The notes below the pieces were generated by a model. That model worked only from the letters and a program-made list of their open reading frames with translations, did not search any database and was not told the DNA's origin. Shown here in pieces: positions 27,615 to 38,456 of a stretch of DNA of 64,000 nucleotides (position 1 is its first letter; each line of letters opens with the position of its first letter). Source of the stretch: an uncultured Gemmatimonadales bacterium (GTDB taxonomy: Bacteria; Gemmatimonadota; Gemmatimonadetes; Gemmatimonadales; GWC2-71-9); contig CAVUAK010000001.1 in assembly GCA_963739455.1 (NCBI GenBank), positions 1,344,001 through 1,408,000 of the forward strand, read 5' to 3'. The position numbers and the translations under genes were made by a program.

Positions 27615-28941
27615 TCAGCGAGTGGCGGGGAAGGGAACGGCCACGGGCATTCCCACCTTGGCGACTTCATCCGGCAGCACGAGGATCGAGCCCTCGCCGG
27701 TGCTGTAGGCCTCTTCGCCATGCTGGGTAACGTCGAGCCCAAGTCCCTCGGACTTCTGGTCGGCGCGCAGCGTCATGACGAGGCCGAGCACCTTGAGGAT
27801 GATGAACGTCATGACGCCAGCGTAGACGAACGAGGCGCCTGCGCCGAGCGCCTGCTTGCCCAGCTGCGCCGGGTTGCCGGCGAGAAGGCCGTCGGTGCCG
27901 CCCCACGCCTTCGCCGCGAAGACGCCGGTGAGGAGTGCGCCGGTGAGCCCGCCGACACCGTGACCTGCGAACACGTCGAGCGAGTCATCCAGTCGCGTGC
28001 GGGAACGGTACAGGATGACGAAGTAGCTGGGGAACGTCGCAATCGCACCGAGTGCCAGTGCCCCGATCGGGCCGACGAAGCCAGCTGCCGGCGTGATGGC
28101 CACGAGGCCCACCACGATTCCGGTCGCACCCCCAACCGCCGTGACGTGACCGGTGCGGATGGTGTCGAGAATGCACCAGACGACCAGGGTGGCCATCGGG
28201 GCCAGGAAGGTGTTGGTGAATGCGAGCGCCGGCGGACGCATTCGCCGCGAGCGCGCTGCCGCCGTTGAAGCCGAACCACCCGAACCAGAGCAGGCCTGCA
28301 CCGAGCAGGACGAACGGCACGTTGTGCGGCAGGATGGCCTGACGACCGTAGTCCTTGCGGCTACCGAGCACCAGCGCTGCCACCAGCGCCGACACGCCGG
28401 CGTTGATGTGCACCACGGTGCCGCCGGCAAAGTCGAGCACACCGGCAGCGCCCAGCCACCCGCCGCCCCACACCCAGTGTGCCACCGGAGCGTACACAAC
28501 CAGCAGCCACACCGAGATGAACACGACGTAGGGCCAGAAGCGCATGCGCTCGACGATGGCGCCGGAGATCAGGGCCGCCGTAATGATGGCAAAGGTGCCC
28601 TGGTACGCCATGAACAGCAGGTGCGGAATGGTGCCCTTGGGGGCGAGGTCCACACCGTTCAGCAGCGCGTTGCTGAATCCGCCGAGCCACGGGGAGCCCT
28701 CGGAGAACGACAGGCTGTAGGCAATGAGCGCCCACAGGATGCCGATGAACCCGAGTGCGACGTAGCTCATCATCATGGTATTCAGCGAATTCTTCGACCG
28801 GACCAGACCGCCGTAAAAGAACGCCAGGGCAGGCGTCATGAGGAGCACCAGGGCCGTGGACATGAGCATCCAGGCGGTGTCGGCAGGCACGAGGGCCGGA
28901 ACGACGTCCTGCAACGCGAGTAGAACGTGTGGACTGGTCAC
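27615..28941 (-). CDS. amtB: Ammonium transporter (frameshift near 28235)
   Basis: DTAWMLMSTALVLLMTP.LAFFYGG, DFAGGTVVH, LLWFGWFGFNGGS, GLVAITPAAG, DDSLDVF.HG. Confidence 0.92.
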
Positions 28942-29012
28942 AGTGCGACGGCCTCCAGGGGGAGGGGGTGAGAGGGCGCGTGGACCTGTTGAGATAACCT
29001 AAAATCGGGGTC

Positions 29013-29088
29013 GGCGCAAGCTTTCTTGCACAAGAATTTGTGCACTTTTTGCATGATTCAGTGTGCATCCATGCACGGTGCTTGCGCC
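29013..29088. promoter_or_regulatory. Nested palindromic operator-like array upstream of amtB
   Basis: TGCAC-N8-GTGCA (29027-29044) and TGCAT-N8-GTGCA (29050-29067), flanked by the inverted pair GGCGCAAGC/GCTTGCGCC. Confidence 0.55.
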
Positions 29089-29256
29089 ACGTGGCTAGCT
29101 AAGTCGTTGCCACTGGAAATCTTGGTGTTGCTATCGTGCATCGGTTAGTGCCTTTCGGGGCCCCTGAAGCGGGATTTTTCCGCCGGTAGGCGGCCCTTCG
29201 GGGGGCGTATATGTTGCAGCAAAATTTCGCTTTCCCATTACGCGTCAGGACCACCC

Positions 29257-32200
29257 GTGTCAGCTGTTAGCCCCCGTTCGGCAGAAATCGCCCGCCTCGG
29301 TACCGCCGCCCTCGTTGCCCTGATCATGGCGGCGTGCCTCACCGAGCCCGAGCCGATGGGGCCCAACGAGGCGCCGGCGGCCACGATCGCGGAGCCAACG
29401 GCCGCCCTGACGTTCAAGGGTGGGGACAGCATCGCCTACGCGGGGAGCGCCACCGACCGGGAAGACGGCACGGTGCCGGGATCGCGGCTTACCTGGTGGG
29501 TAGACCTGCATCACGACACGCACACGCACCCGTTCATGCCGCGCACTGCCGGATCGAGCGGCAAGCTGTTCGTGCCGCCGATTGGCGAGACGTCGGACAA
29601 CGTGTTCCTGCGGCTGTACCTCGAGGCGATGGATGACAGCGGCAAGGCGGACACCGTCTTCCGGGACATCCAGCCGCAAAAGGTGCAATTCACCCTGGCC
29701 ACCAACCCGGCGGGGCTCAGTGTGACGCTGGATGGGCAGCCCAGGGAGGTCCCGATCACCATTACGGGCGTGGTGGGGATGGAGCGCGAGCTCGGGGCCG
29801 CGGCGCAGACGGTCGGTTCCACGTCCTACAATTTCACGAGCTGGTCGGATGGCGGTGCGGCCACGCATCGCATCAGTACACCGGCCGACGCCACCACCTA
29901 TACCGCGCGATTCACGGCGGTGGTCAACCAGCTGCCCACGGTGTCGATCACCGCGCCGTCGAATGGTGCTGCCCTGACCGTCAACACCGCCACGACCATC
30001 ACCGCCAACGCCACGGACGGCGACGGCACGGTGAGCAAGGTCGAGTTCCTCGATGGCTCGACGCTGCTTGGCACCGATACCTCCTCGCCCTACTCGCTGG
30101 CGTGGACGCCGAGCGCGACCGGCACCCACTCGCTCACGGCGCGCGCGACCGACAACCAGTCGGGTGTGCGCACCAGCTCGGCCGTCACGGTCAGCGTGAA
30201 CCTCCCGCCGAACCAGTTGCCGACGGTGTCGCTCACGGCGCCGGCGAACGGTGCCAGCGTGACGGTCAACACCTCGGTGACGCTCTCAGCCAACGCCTCG
30301 GACCCGGATGGGTCGGTGGCATCGGTGGGCTTCTACGACAATGGCACGCTGCTCGGATCCCCGGACGCGACGTCGCCCTACAGCTTCTCGTGGCTGCCCA
30401 CCGTGACCGGTGCACACTCCATCACCGCGCGTGTCACTGATGATCGCGGCGGCACGACCACCAGCGCGGCGGCCAACGTGACGGTGAATGCAGCGGCCAA
30501 TGTGCCGCCCACCGCGACACTGACGGCGCCGGCGAGCGGTGCGATCCTGGTGGCAGGCGTTGCGACGACCCTGACGGCCACGGCATCTGATGGCGACGGC
30601 TCGGTGAGCAAGGTGGAGTTCTACGATGGCGGCACCAAGCTGGGCGAGGACGCCACGTCGCCCTACAGCATCTCCTGGACGCCTGCCACCACCACGACCG
30701 GCACGCGTTCACTCACGGCGCGGGCGATCGACAACCTGGGTGCTGCGGGCTCGTCGGCTGCGGTGCCGGTGACGGTGAACCTTCCGCCCAACGTGAATCC
30801 CACCGCGACGCTCACGGCGCCCGCGAACGGGGCAACATTGCCGCGGGGCGTTGCCACCACCCTCACCGCCACCGCGGCCGACGCCGACGGTACGGTGACC
30901 AAGGTCGGCTTCTACGACGGGGCCACGCTGCTGGGCGAAGACACGGCGTCACCCTACTCGTTCAGCTGGACGCCGTCCACCACGGGGACGCATACCCTCA
31001 CGGCGCGAGCCACCGACAACCGGGCCGGCACCGGTACGTCGGGCGCGGTGAACGTGACGGTGAACAACCGGCTCCCGACCGCGACGCTGACTGCTCCCGC
31101 GTCGGGCGCGACACTGGTGGCGAACAACGCGACGACCCTGACGGCCACCGCCGCGGATCCCGACGGCACGGTGGCAAAGGTCGGGTTCTACGACGGTGCG
31201 ACGCTGCTGGGTGAAGACGCGACGTCGCCCTACTCGTTCAGCTGGACGCCAACCGCGACGGGATCGCACTCGCTCACCGCGCGGGCGACCGACAACAACG
31301 GCGGCGTGGGCAACTCGCCGGCGGCATCGGTGACGGTCACGTCGTCGGGGACCGACACCCAGGCACCCACGCTCACGCTCACGAGCCCGGCAGGGCAGAC
31401 CACCGGGATCACGGGGTCGCCGACCTTCACCGTCACGACGGCCGACAACGTCGGAGTCACGGCGGTGGACTACCAGGTGGACGGCGACGCGGTGGGCCAG
31501 GCCACCTCGTCACCATGGAGCTTCACGCTGCCGGCGACGTCGGCATACACCACCGGTGTGCATGTCATCCGCGCCCGGGCGCGCGATGCGGCAGGAAACC
31601 AGTCGCCGTGGTCGGCGGCACGTGTCACGTTCGGTGGCAACGAGAACATTCCCGACGGCTTCACGCGCGCGACGTACGTGCAGGGACTGACGAGCCTCGG
31701 AACATCGATGGCGTTCAGCCCCGATGGCCGCCTCTTCATCTGCGAACAGAACGGGCAGCTCAGGGTGGTGAAGGCCGGCGTCCTGCTGAGTACCCCGTTC
31801 GTGACGGTGCCCACCAGCCAGGTCGGGGAGCGAGGGCTGCTCGGGGTGACGTTCGACCCGAACTTCGCGTCGAACGGTTACGTGTACGTGTACTACACCA
31901 GCGCCACGGGCGGCGCCCACAACCGGATCAGCCGCTTCACCGCGTCGGGTGACGTGGCGGTGCCCGGCAGCGAAGTCATCATCAAGGAACTCTCGACGCT
32001 CTCGTCGGCCACCAACCACAACGGCGGTGCGCTCGCCTTCGGGCCCGATGGCAAGCTGTACGTTGCGGTGGGCGAGAACGCCAATCCGTCCAACGCCCAG
32101 CTGCTGACCAACATCTTCGGCAAGATGCTGCGCTTCAATTCCGACGGGTCGATCCCGACCGACAACCCGTTCTTCAGCAGCACCACGGGGATCAGCCAGT

Positions 32201-32679
32201 CGATCTGGGCGTATGGGCTCCGCAACCCGTTCACCTTCGTGTTCGAGCCTGGCAGCAGCACGATGTTCATCAACGACGTGGGCCAGGACACCTGGGAAGA
32301 GATCGATCTCGGCCGCGCCGGCGCCAACTACGGGTGGCCGACATCGGAGGGTGTCACGACCAACCCGAGCTTCGACTCACCGTTGTTTGCGTATGGGCAC
32401 TCGTCCAACAGCACGCTGGTCACCGGCAACGCCATCGTGGGCGGCGCCTTCTACCGGCCGAGCACGGTGCAGTTCCCGTCGTCGTGGGTGGGGCAGTACT
32501 TCTTCGGCGACTATGTGGCCGGGTGGGTGAACCGGATGGACCGCAACAACGGCAACGCGGTGTACGCCTTTGCCCGCCTGGGGAACCTCACCGATGTGCG
32601 AGTGGGGAGTGACGGAGCGCTGTACGTGCTGGCGGACGTCGGGAATGGGTGGGGGGTGTACCGATACAGCCGGCCGTAG
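29257..32679 (+). CDS. Lipoprotein with tandem bacterial Ig-like repeats and C-terminal PQQ-dependent sugar dehydrogenase (GSDH) propeller
   Basis: Repeats of PT..LTAP..GA...V.KV.FYDG.TLLG.D..SPYS.SW, then GERGLLG, NHNGG.LAFGPDG, AYGLRNPF. Confidence 0.85.
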   Translation: MSAVSPRSAEIARLGTAALVALIMAACLTEPEPMGPNEAPAATIAEPTAALTFKGGDSIAYAGSATDREDGTVPGSRLTWWVDLHHDTHTHPFMPRTAGSSGKLFVPPIGETSDNVFLRLYLEAMDDSGKADTVFRDIQPQKVQFTLATNPAGLSVTLDGQPREVPITITGVVGMERELGAAAQTVGSTSYNFTSWSDGGAATHRISTPADATTYTARFTAVVNQLPTVSITAPSNGAALTVNTATTITANATDGDGTVSKVEFLDGSTLLGTDTSSPYSLAWTPSATGTHSLTARATDNQSGVRTSSAVTVSVNLPPNQLPTVSLTAPANGASVTVNTSVTLSANASDPDGSVASVGFYDNGTLLGSPDATSPYSFSWLPTVTGAHSITARVTDDRGGTTTSAAANVTVNAAANVPPTATLTAPASGAILVAGVATTLTATASDGDGSVSKVEFYDGGTKLGEDATSPYSISWTPATTTTGTRSLTARAIDNLGAAGSSAAVPVTVNLPPNVNPTATLTAPANGATLPRGVATTLTATAADADGTVTKVGFYDGATLLGEDTASPYSFSWTPSTTGTHTLTARATDNRAGTGTSGAVNVTVNNRLPTATLTAPASGATLVANNATTLTATAADPDGTVAKVGFYDGATLLGEDATSPYSFSWTPTATGSHSLTARATDNNGGVGNSPAASVTVTSSGTDTQAPTLTLTSPAGQTTGITGSPTFTVTTADNVGVTAVDYQVDGDAVGQATSSPWSFTLPATSAYTTGVHVIRARARDAAGNQSPWSAARVTFGGNENIPDGFTRATYVQGLTSLGTSMAFSPDGRLFICEQNGQLRVVKAGVLLSTPFVTVPTSQVGERGLLGVTFDPNFASNGYVYVYYTSATGGAHNRISRFTASGDVAVPGSEVIIKELSTLSSATNHNGGALAFGPDGKLYVAVGENANPSNAQLLTNIFGKMLRFNSDGSIPTDNPFFSSTTGISQSIWAYGLRNPFTFVFEPGSSTMFINDVGQDTWEEIDLGRAGANYGWPTSEGVTTNPSFDSPLFAYGHSSNSTLVTGNAIVGGAFYRPSTVQFPSSWVGQYFFGDYVAGWVNRMDRNNGNAVYAFARLGNLTDVRVGSDGALYVLADVGNGWGVYRYSRP

Positions 32680-32682
32680 GGA

Positions 32683-32739
32683 GACGTGAGGACGTGAGGA
32701 CGTGAGGACGTGAAGACGTGAAGACGTGAAGACGTGAAG
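32683..32739 (+). repeat. About 7 x octamer GACGTGA(G/A) between convergent genes
   Basis: Direct reading. Confidence 0.9.
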
Positions 32740-32741
32740 AG

Positions 32742-33137
32742 TTATTGAAGAACTACCGTGCCTGGGCCTGAGACCTTGTTGATGTGACATCCATCGGGGA
32801 CTGAGAAGACGTAGTCAACCGTCATTGCCTGCGTGCCCTTGGAGATGCGTGCCTGCACCGACTCGCCCGACCGGCGAATGGCGCTGGTGCTGCCGTCGTC
32901 GACGAGGATATAAGTGCCGGGCACTGGAAGCATCAGTGACGTGGGCACGAGTACCTGTCCCGTGCGCACCAGGGTGGCGGTGACGGACGCCTCTTGCACC
33001 GGCTGGCCCGATCCATCGACGACGGTGACCCCGACGGTTGCGAACGAGGCAGTGCACGCGTCGCCCGGCATGCCATCGCTGCTGCAGGCGGCGATGGAGA
33101 GCAACACCGCCGGGAAGCCAACCTTTGCTATCCGCAT
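32742..33137 (-). CDS. Small hypothetical lipoprotein
   Basis: IAAC lipobox, Cys pair, GGGGGAA upstream. Confidence 0.65.
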   Translation of the reverse strand: MRIAKVGFPAVLLSIAACSSDGMPGDACTASFATVGVTVVDGSGQPVQEASVTATLVRTGQVLVPTSLMLPVPGTYILVDDGSTSAIRRSGESVQARISKGTQAMTVDYVFSVPDGCHINKVSGPGTVVLQ

Positions 33138-33147
33138 GGTTCCCCCG

Positions 33148-34410
33148 TCATTTCGGCTTCGCGCCGAGCATCGCCGCCGCTGACCGCATCATGGCCTGAA
33201 ACGGGCCCCGGTCCGGGGCGTCGTCGTTGGCGGTGTTGAACGCGATGATGAATGCCTCACTGGTGGCGGGATTCAATGCCACGAACAGGCGGAATCCGGC
33301 CTGCGATCCGGTATGTCCCACCAGCTTCGTGCCGTTCAGCGAATCCACCGTGAATGAAAGCCCGAATGGGCTCACTCCGCCACCAGTGAGGGGGGTCGGC
33401 CGCCACATCTCCTCCAGGGTGCTGTGCTTGAGCACCGTCTCGTATCGACGAGCGAGCGCCGTATCACCCCTGCTCGCATTGGTGAGGAAGCCAACCCACG
33501 TCACGACGTCGGCGAGAGGCGCGTTCCATCCGCCGTTCGGGATGGTGATCCCCGGATCGAAGTCGCGCCCGTATGCGACCACGGTTTCATGTCCCGTGCT
33601 GTCCCGCTCGATGTCGTAGCTGTTGGCGCGGTCTGCGGCCAGGAAGTAGGGCGTCGTGCCGAAGTAGCTGCGGGTCATGCCGAGCGGGGTCCAGATGTTC
33701 TTCTGGATGTAGGACTGGTAGGGGTCGCCGGTGATCGCCTCGATGATCCGCGCGAGGTAGATGAACGCCGGGTTGCTGTAGCTGGACTTCGAGCCCGGCG
33801 GATAGAGGACCTGCTGGTAGGGCATCATCGCCACCAGCTGCTCCCAGCGGGTCGGCTCGAAGGGCTGCCAGGGCGCACCGCTGCCGTACGGCCAGGTGCC
33901 GTCCATGAACCCGGAGGTGTGTGACAGCAGCATGCGAATGGTGATGTCATCCATGGAGCCGTACGGGTTGTGCACCTGCCGGAGTTCGGGCACCCAGGTG
34001 GTGACCTTGTCGTCGAGGGTGAGCTTGCCGCGATCGCGCAGCTGCATGATGGCGACGGCGGTGAGCGTCTTGGTGACCGATGCCCAGTGATAGATGGTGC
34101 GCTCGTTCACCTTCTGCATGCTGTCCCGGTCGGCGATGCCGTACTCCAGGTGCCGCACCACGAGGCCGTCCCGGACCAGCACGGCACTGGCCCCGAAGAT
34201 CCCCTGGGCCGTTACATAGGCCTGGAGGTTTTCGGTGAAGGTGTCCCAGCCGGGGGCGGGGGCTGGGGCTGGGGCCGGTCGCCTGGACTGGGCGTGGAGG
34301 AGGCCGGGGAGGGCGGGGAGGGCGGGGAAGGCGGGGAAGGCGGGGAAGGCGGGTGTCGAGATCGCCAGAATCGCCATAAACCGCCGCCAATTCAGCATTT
34401 TCGGGGTCAC
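33148..34410 (-). CDS. Serine hydrolase (beta-lactamase class C-like)
   Basis: ASVTK, LLSHTSG, YSN, GHTG. Confidence 0.85.
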   Translation of the reverse strand: MTPKMLNWRRFMAILAISTPAFPAFPAFPALPALPGLLHAQSRRPAPAPAPAPGWDTFTENLQAYVTAQGIFGASAVLVRDGLVVRHLEYGIADRDSMQKVNERTIYHWASVTKTLTAVAIMQLRDRGKLTLDDKVTTWVPELRQVHNPYGSMDDITIRMLLSHTSGFMDGTWPYGSGAPWQPFEPTRWEQLVAMMPYQQVLYPPGSKSSYSNPAFIYLARIIEAITGDPYQSYIQKNIWTPLGMTRSYFGTTPYFLAADRANSYDIERDSTGHETVVAYGRDFDPGITIPNGGWNAPLADVVTWVGFLTNASRGDTALARRYETVLKHSTLEEMWRPTPLTGGGVSPFGLSFTVDSLNGTKLVGHTGSQAGFRLFVALNPATSEAFIIAFNTANDDAPDRGPFQAMMRSAAAMLGAKPK

Positions 34411-34500
34411 CGTTGTCCTTGAGGGGGCTTTGGAGTAGGTTTTACGGCTCTACGGGTGCGCCTTGGGCTCACCCCTGACTCAATGTTCAGCGAGGCTGCA

Positions 34501-34701
34501 ATGATCGAAGTTCGTCTGAGCGACACCGACTCGCTGGAGCGGGCGCTCAAGGTCTTCAAGAAGAAGCTGCAGAAGTCGGGTCTCCTTCGGGAGCTGCGGC
34601 GCCGTCGGCACTACGTGAAGCCGAGCGAGGCGCGTGCGCTCAAGACCGCCGCGGCTCAGCGCCGGGCCCGGAAGAAGACCGACACGAAGGAAACCTGGTA
34701 A
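34501..34701 (+). CDS. rpsU: 30S ribosomal protein bS21
   Basis: SLERALKVFKKKLQKSGLLRELRRRRHYVKPSE. Confidence 0.92.
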   Translation: MIEVRLSDTDSLERALKVFKKKLQKSGLLRELRRRRHYVKPSEARALKTAAAQRRARKKTDTKETW

Positions 34702-34708
34702 CGCTGCT

Positions 34709-35269
34709 TCAGCGGGGCCAGAGCCATCCAAAAGCTCCTGCCGTAACCAGGCCGTAGATCAAGCCGTCAAGCACTTCCTTGGCGGCAATGGACCACGGCT
34801 TCCCCATCCAGATAGCAGCAGGCAACTGACCTGCCGCGTACGCCAGAAACGCCACCAGTGCGACGGTGTGGAACACCATCATGTACGTGGTGCCGACTGG
34901 CAGCACGGTACAGGCGACGCACGCCACGAGGGTCGATACCACCAGCGAGAACACGAACCACTGGCCCAGGCTCTTTCCCATTCCCACCACTCCGTTGGGC
35001 CGCAGGTTGAGCACCGCCACCGGTCCCTCCGCCAGCTTTGCGAGGTGCTCAGGACTTCCCATCTGCTTCATGTCGGAAATGTGCGGGATGATGTACTGCC
35101 CCGGGGGCGCGCTGGTGCCCCGGAACGCCGCGCGAAAGGCGTCCTCATTGGGCAGGATCTTGTAGTCCGAGGCGTGGTACTTGAGCACCATGTGGATCAG
35201 GGTGCTGCAGACGAAGACCAGGACCGCAGAGAGCACGATGGGGAGCCAGAGCGCGCTGAGCGAAACCAT
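34709..35269 (-). CDS. Conserved hypothetical membrane protein
   Basis: LWLPI...IHM.L.YH..D, about four TM segments, IWMGKPW, LWP. Confidence 0.7.
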   Translation of the reverse strand: MVSLSALWLPIVLSAVLVFVCSTLIHMVLKYHASDYKILPNEDAFRAAFRGTSAPPGQYIIPHISDMKQMGSPEHLAKLAEGPVAVLNLRPNGVVGMGKSLGQWFVFSLVVSTLVACVACTVLPVGTTYMMVFHTVALVAFLAYAAGQLPAAIWMGKPWSIAAKEVLDGLIYGLVTAGAFGWLWPR

Positions 35270-35332
35270 TGATGGAGCTCCGAATGGGGGCGGGACTTAG
35301 GGTAAGGCGAGAAGAGGGAAGAGGGAAGAGGG

Positions 35333-36355
35333 CTAGGGCGCCGCAACGGTTCCGGTGACGCCTGTCGTCACGAGGCGGAATAGCCCGTGGTAGTCAATGT
35401 CGGGGGTGTCCCCCCGCCCGGTGATCACGGCGACCATATCCAGGTCGCGATGTACCACCACATACTGCCCGCCCTGGCCTGCCATGTAGGGAGTGCCGTC
35501 GGGAGCAATCCACCAGAGAAAACCATATCCACTCGCCGTCGGGTCCGGTCCGCCGGCCTCCACCTGCTTCGTCATCGCCTGGTGCAGATAGTCGGCGGGA
35601 ACGAGCTGCTGTCCCTCCCAGCACCCTCCGCGGAGTGCCAGGAGGCCAAGCTTGCCGAGTTCGCGCGCGGTCAGGAGAAGGCCGGCAGCACCGTCACCAC
35701 TGCCATCGAGCTCGAGCCTCGGCCAGCGCGATTCATCCACGTCAATATCGAGCGGCTTCCACAGCGCCGCCCGGGAGAACTTGAGCGCGCTCTCCTTGCT
35801 GGACTGCCCGATCGCGCGAACCAGGAACTGCACACCCTCGTTGCTGTAGTGGAAGGTGGTACCCGGCTGCGACATGAGCCGGAGCATCAGCGGCTTGTCC
35901 TGGTACCAGACGTCGCTGAGCCCACTGGTCATGGTGAGGAGCTGGCGGATCGTGATCTTCCCTGCGGGGCGCCCTTCGGGCGGCGCCACCTGGGGCACCA
36001 GCTGGATCAGCGGCTGGTCGAGTGAGTCGATGAACCCGCGCTCGAGCGCGATGCCCACCAGGTATGAAGTGACGGTCTTCGTAACCGACGCCACCGGCGC
36101 GGGCTGACCGCGACTTCCGCCATGGAAATACTCCTCGACGGCAACCTGACCATGGCGAACGACGAGGAGGCTGGTCACTCCAGGCATGGCGCGGGTCCGC
36201 GCCACGAGCGCGTTCACCGAATCGGCATTCAGCCCCAGCGCCGCTGGCGTCGCCACCTGCCACTTCTTCGTGGGCCATACCTCGGCTCCGGTGCCGCAGG
36301 TCGCCGCAGGTGTTGCCACCTGTACCAGGAGGGCCAGAATGCCTGCCATCACCAT
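35333..36355 (-). CDS. Serine hydrolase (6-aminohexanoate-dimer hydrolase-like)
   Basis: ASVTK, LLTMTSG, FHYSN, YGFLWW, GQGGQ. Confidence 0.83.
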   Translation of the reverse strand: MVMAGILALLVQVATPAATCGTGAEVWPTKKWQVATPAALGLNADSVNALVARTRAMPGVTSLLVVRHGQVAVEEYFHGGSRGQPAPVASVTKTVTSYLVGIALERGFIDSLDQPLIQLVPQVAPPEGRPAGKITIRQLLTMTSGLSDVWYQDKPLMLRLMSQPGTTFHYSNEGVQFLVRAIGQSSKESALKFSRAALWKPLDIDVDESRWPRLELDGSGDGAAGLLLTARELGKLGLLALRGGCWEGQQLVPADYLHQAMTKQVEAGGPDPTASGYGFLWWIAPDGTPYMAGQGGQYVVVHRDLDMVAVITGRGDTPDIDYHGLFRLVTTGVTGTVAAP

Positions 36356-36590
36356 CAGGACTACCTCCGGTTGCTGATCGGGTCGTGCAATACGACGGCC
36401 GGGGTGCAGGCTTTCGCACATCGTCCCGCGAGGGTCGCGGGCAAAGTGCCGTGCGTGGAGCGCTGCAGGGAATTGCTCGCGCGAAACGTCGCCAGAACGC
36501 CTTGCGGCATCAACGGTTGGAGCGGGGGTTTTCGCGAGCAGAACGGTTCGCCACGTGCAGTAGTTCTGGGCGTCCCCAACCTGACACTAC

Positions 36591-38456
36591 GTGCCCCCAG
36601 CCTCGCGCAACCTGCTGCAGGCCTCATCAGCTCATGCGACCCGCTGGGTAACGGGCTCGCTGTCGCTGGGCGCCGGCCTTGCCACCATCCTCGCATCCGC
36701 GCATTCCTGCGGCCTCATCGGCGACGCCTCTGCGACGCGACGCACCGTGATGGACTTCGGTGTCCACTGGGTGGGCGTGACGCCCGCGCACGATACCCTG
36801 GAATCACTCGGTGACACGGTGCGGCTCGCCGCCTCGATCACCGACCAGCGAGGCACGGCGCTGATCGGCGCGTCGCTCACCTGGAGCAGCGAGAATCCCC
36901 AGGTGGCGACGGTGGACAGTTCGGGTGTTGCCGTGGCACAGGCACCAGGTGCCACCTACATCGTGGCGCATGTGGGCGAGAAATCAGGCCGGTCGCGCCT
37001 GGTGGTGGCGCCGCGGATGGCGCGGCTCGAGATCATCGACACGATAGTGACCATCGGTGAAGGCTACAGTCGCCGGGTGGTGTCGCGGGCCCTGGACGCG
37101 CGGGGCCATGTGGCGCCGGCGGTCCCGGTGACATGGGTATCGTCGGACACGGCGGTGCTTGTCGTGAACGATTCAGGCGTGGTTACCGGCGTCGGGGCCG
37201 GCGAGGCCGACGTGACGGTAATGCACACCGGGGTGCTTGCCACCGTGCACGCATCGGTGGCGCCGGTACCGGGGCGGCTGCTGTCGCTCGATGGCAACTC
37301 GCAGTCGGCGGACGCAGGAACAAAGCTCGCCACCCCGGTGCGCGTGCTCCTCGAATCGCGGCGCGGCCGGCCCATGGCAGGCGTCAGCGTGCACTTCGTC
37401 GCGGAGCGTGGCGGCACCGCCGACCCAGCCTACGCGACCACGAACGCCGAGGGGATTGCCGTAAGCAACTGGACGCTGGGTCCGCTGCCGGGGCGGCAGC
37501 GCCTCTCGGCGTCGTGCGCCGAGCTGGACAGTGTGGCGGTGCTGGTGGCGGAGGCAGAGCCAACGGCGACCAATACCCGCGTGACGCCGGTGGGGTATCC
37601 GTGGAGCGGTGTCGCCGGCGCTCCCGTGCCGCTCCACGTCGCGGTGCAGCTCACCGATTCATCGGGGCGGCTGCTGCCGGGCGTGCCGGTGACCTGGGTC
37701 GCGCTGGACAGCGGCACCATCACCACGGTGGAGTCGCGCACCGACTCGATGGGTGAGTCGCACGCTTCATGGCTCCTGGCGCGTCGCGCCGGGACGCAGC
37801 GTGCCCGGGTACGGGTTGGCAACGGGCGCAATGTTCCGGTGGCACCGGTGATCGCGGCGGGTGTTGCCGGAGCGCCGGCGCTGCTGCTCGGCGGCGATGG
37901 AAATGCGCAGAGGGGCATCGCGGGTGAGGCGCTGCGGAAGCCGATCTCGGTGGAAGTGCGCGACGACGCGGGAAATGCGGTGCCGGGCGCCAGCGTCGTG
38001 GCATCGGTGCTGGCGGGGACGGTGGCGGACAGCGTCGCGATCACCGATTCGATGGGCGTGGCGTCGTTCCGCTGGTCGCTTGGTGCCAAGGCGGGACGAC
38101 AGCAGATGGTGGTGCGCTCGGGCGCGCTGCCGCCCCTCACGGCGACGGTGCTCGCGGCCCCGGGTACCCCGGCCAACATCGAGTTCGTGTCGCCGCCGAC
38201 CAGCGGCACGGCGGGGAAGGTGCTGTCGCGACCGGTGCGCCTGGTGATCACCGATGTACACGGCAACCGTGTCACCGATCGCCAGGTGACGCTATCGGCG
38301 ACGTCGGGCTCACTGGCGCCGACGCGCGCAATGCCTGCGCCCGACGGTTCCGTGACGGCGAAGTGGCGACTGGGAAGCAAGCGCGGAGTTCAAGTGCTCA
38401 CCGCCGAGGTGCGGGGGACGGCGGTGAGGGCAAAGACCGAGGTTACGGTGCGGTAG
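36591..38456 (+). CDS. Ig-like (Big_2/Big_1) repeat surface protein
   Basis: WSSENPQVATVDSSG, WVSSDTAV, repeated W.LG...G.Q. Confidence 0.75.
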   Translation: MPPASRNLLQASSAHATRWVTGSLSLGAGLATILASAHSCGLIGDASATRRTVMDFGVHWVGVTPAHDTLESLGDTVRLAASITDQRGTALIGASLTWSSENPQVATVDSSGVAVAQAPGATYIVAHVGEKSGRSRLVVAPRMARLEIIDTIVTIGEGYSRRVVSRALDARGHVAPAVPVTWVSSDTAVLVVNDSGVVTGVGAGEADVTVMHTGVLATVHASVAPVPGRLLSLDGNSQSADAGTKLATPVRVLLESRRGRPMAGVSVHFVAERGGTADPAYATTNAEGIAVSNWTLGPLPGRQRLSASCAELDSVAVLVAEAEPTATNTRVTPVGYPWSGVAGAPVPLHVAVQLTDSSGRLLPGVPVTWVALDSGTITTVESRTDSMGESHASWLLARRAGTQRARVRVGNGRNVPVAPVIAAGVAGAPALLLGGDGNAQRGIAGEALRKPISVEVRDDAGNAVPGASVVASVLAGTVADSVAITDSMGVASFRWSLGAKAGRQQMVVRSGALPPLTATVLAAPGTPANIEFVSPPTSGTAGKVLSRPVRLVITDVHGNRVTDRQVTLSATSGSLAPTRAMPAPDGSVTAKWRLGSKRGVQVLTAEVRGTAVRAKTEVTVR

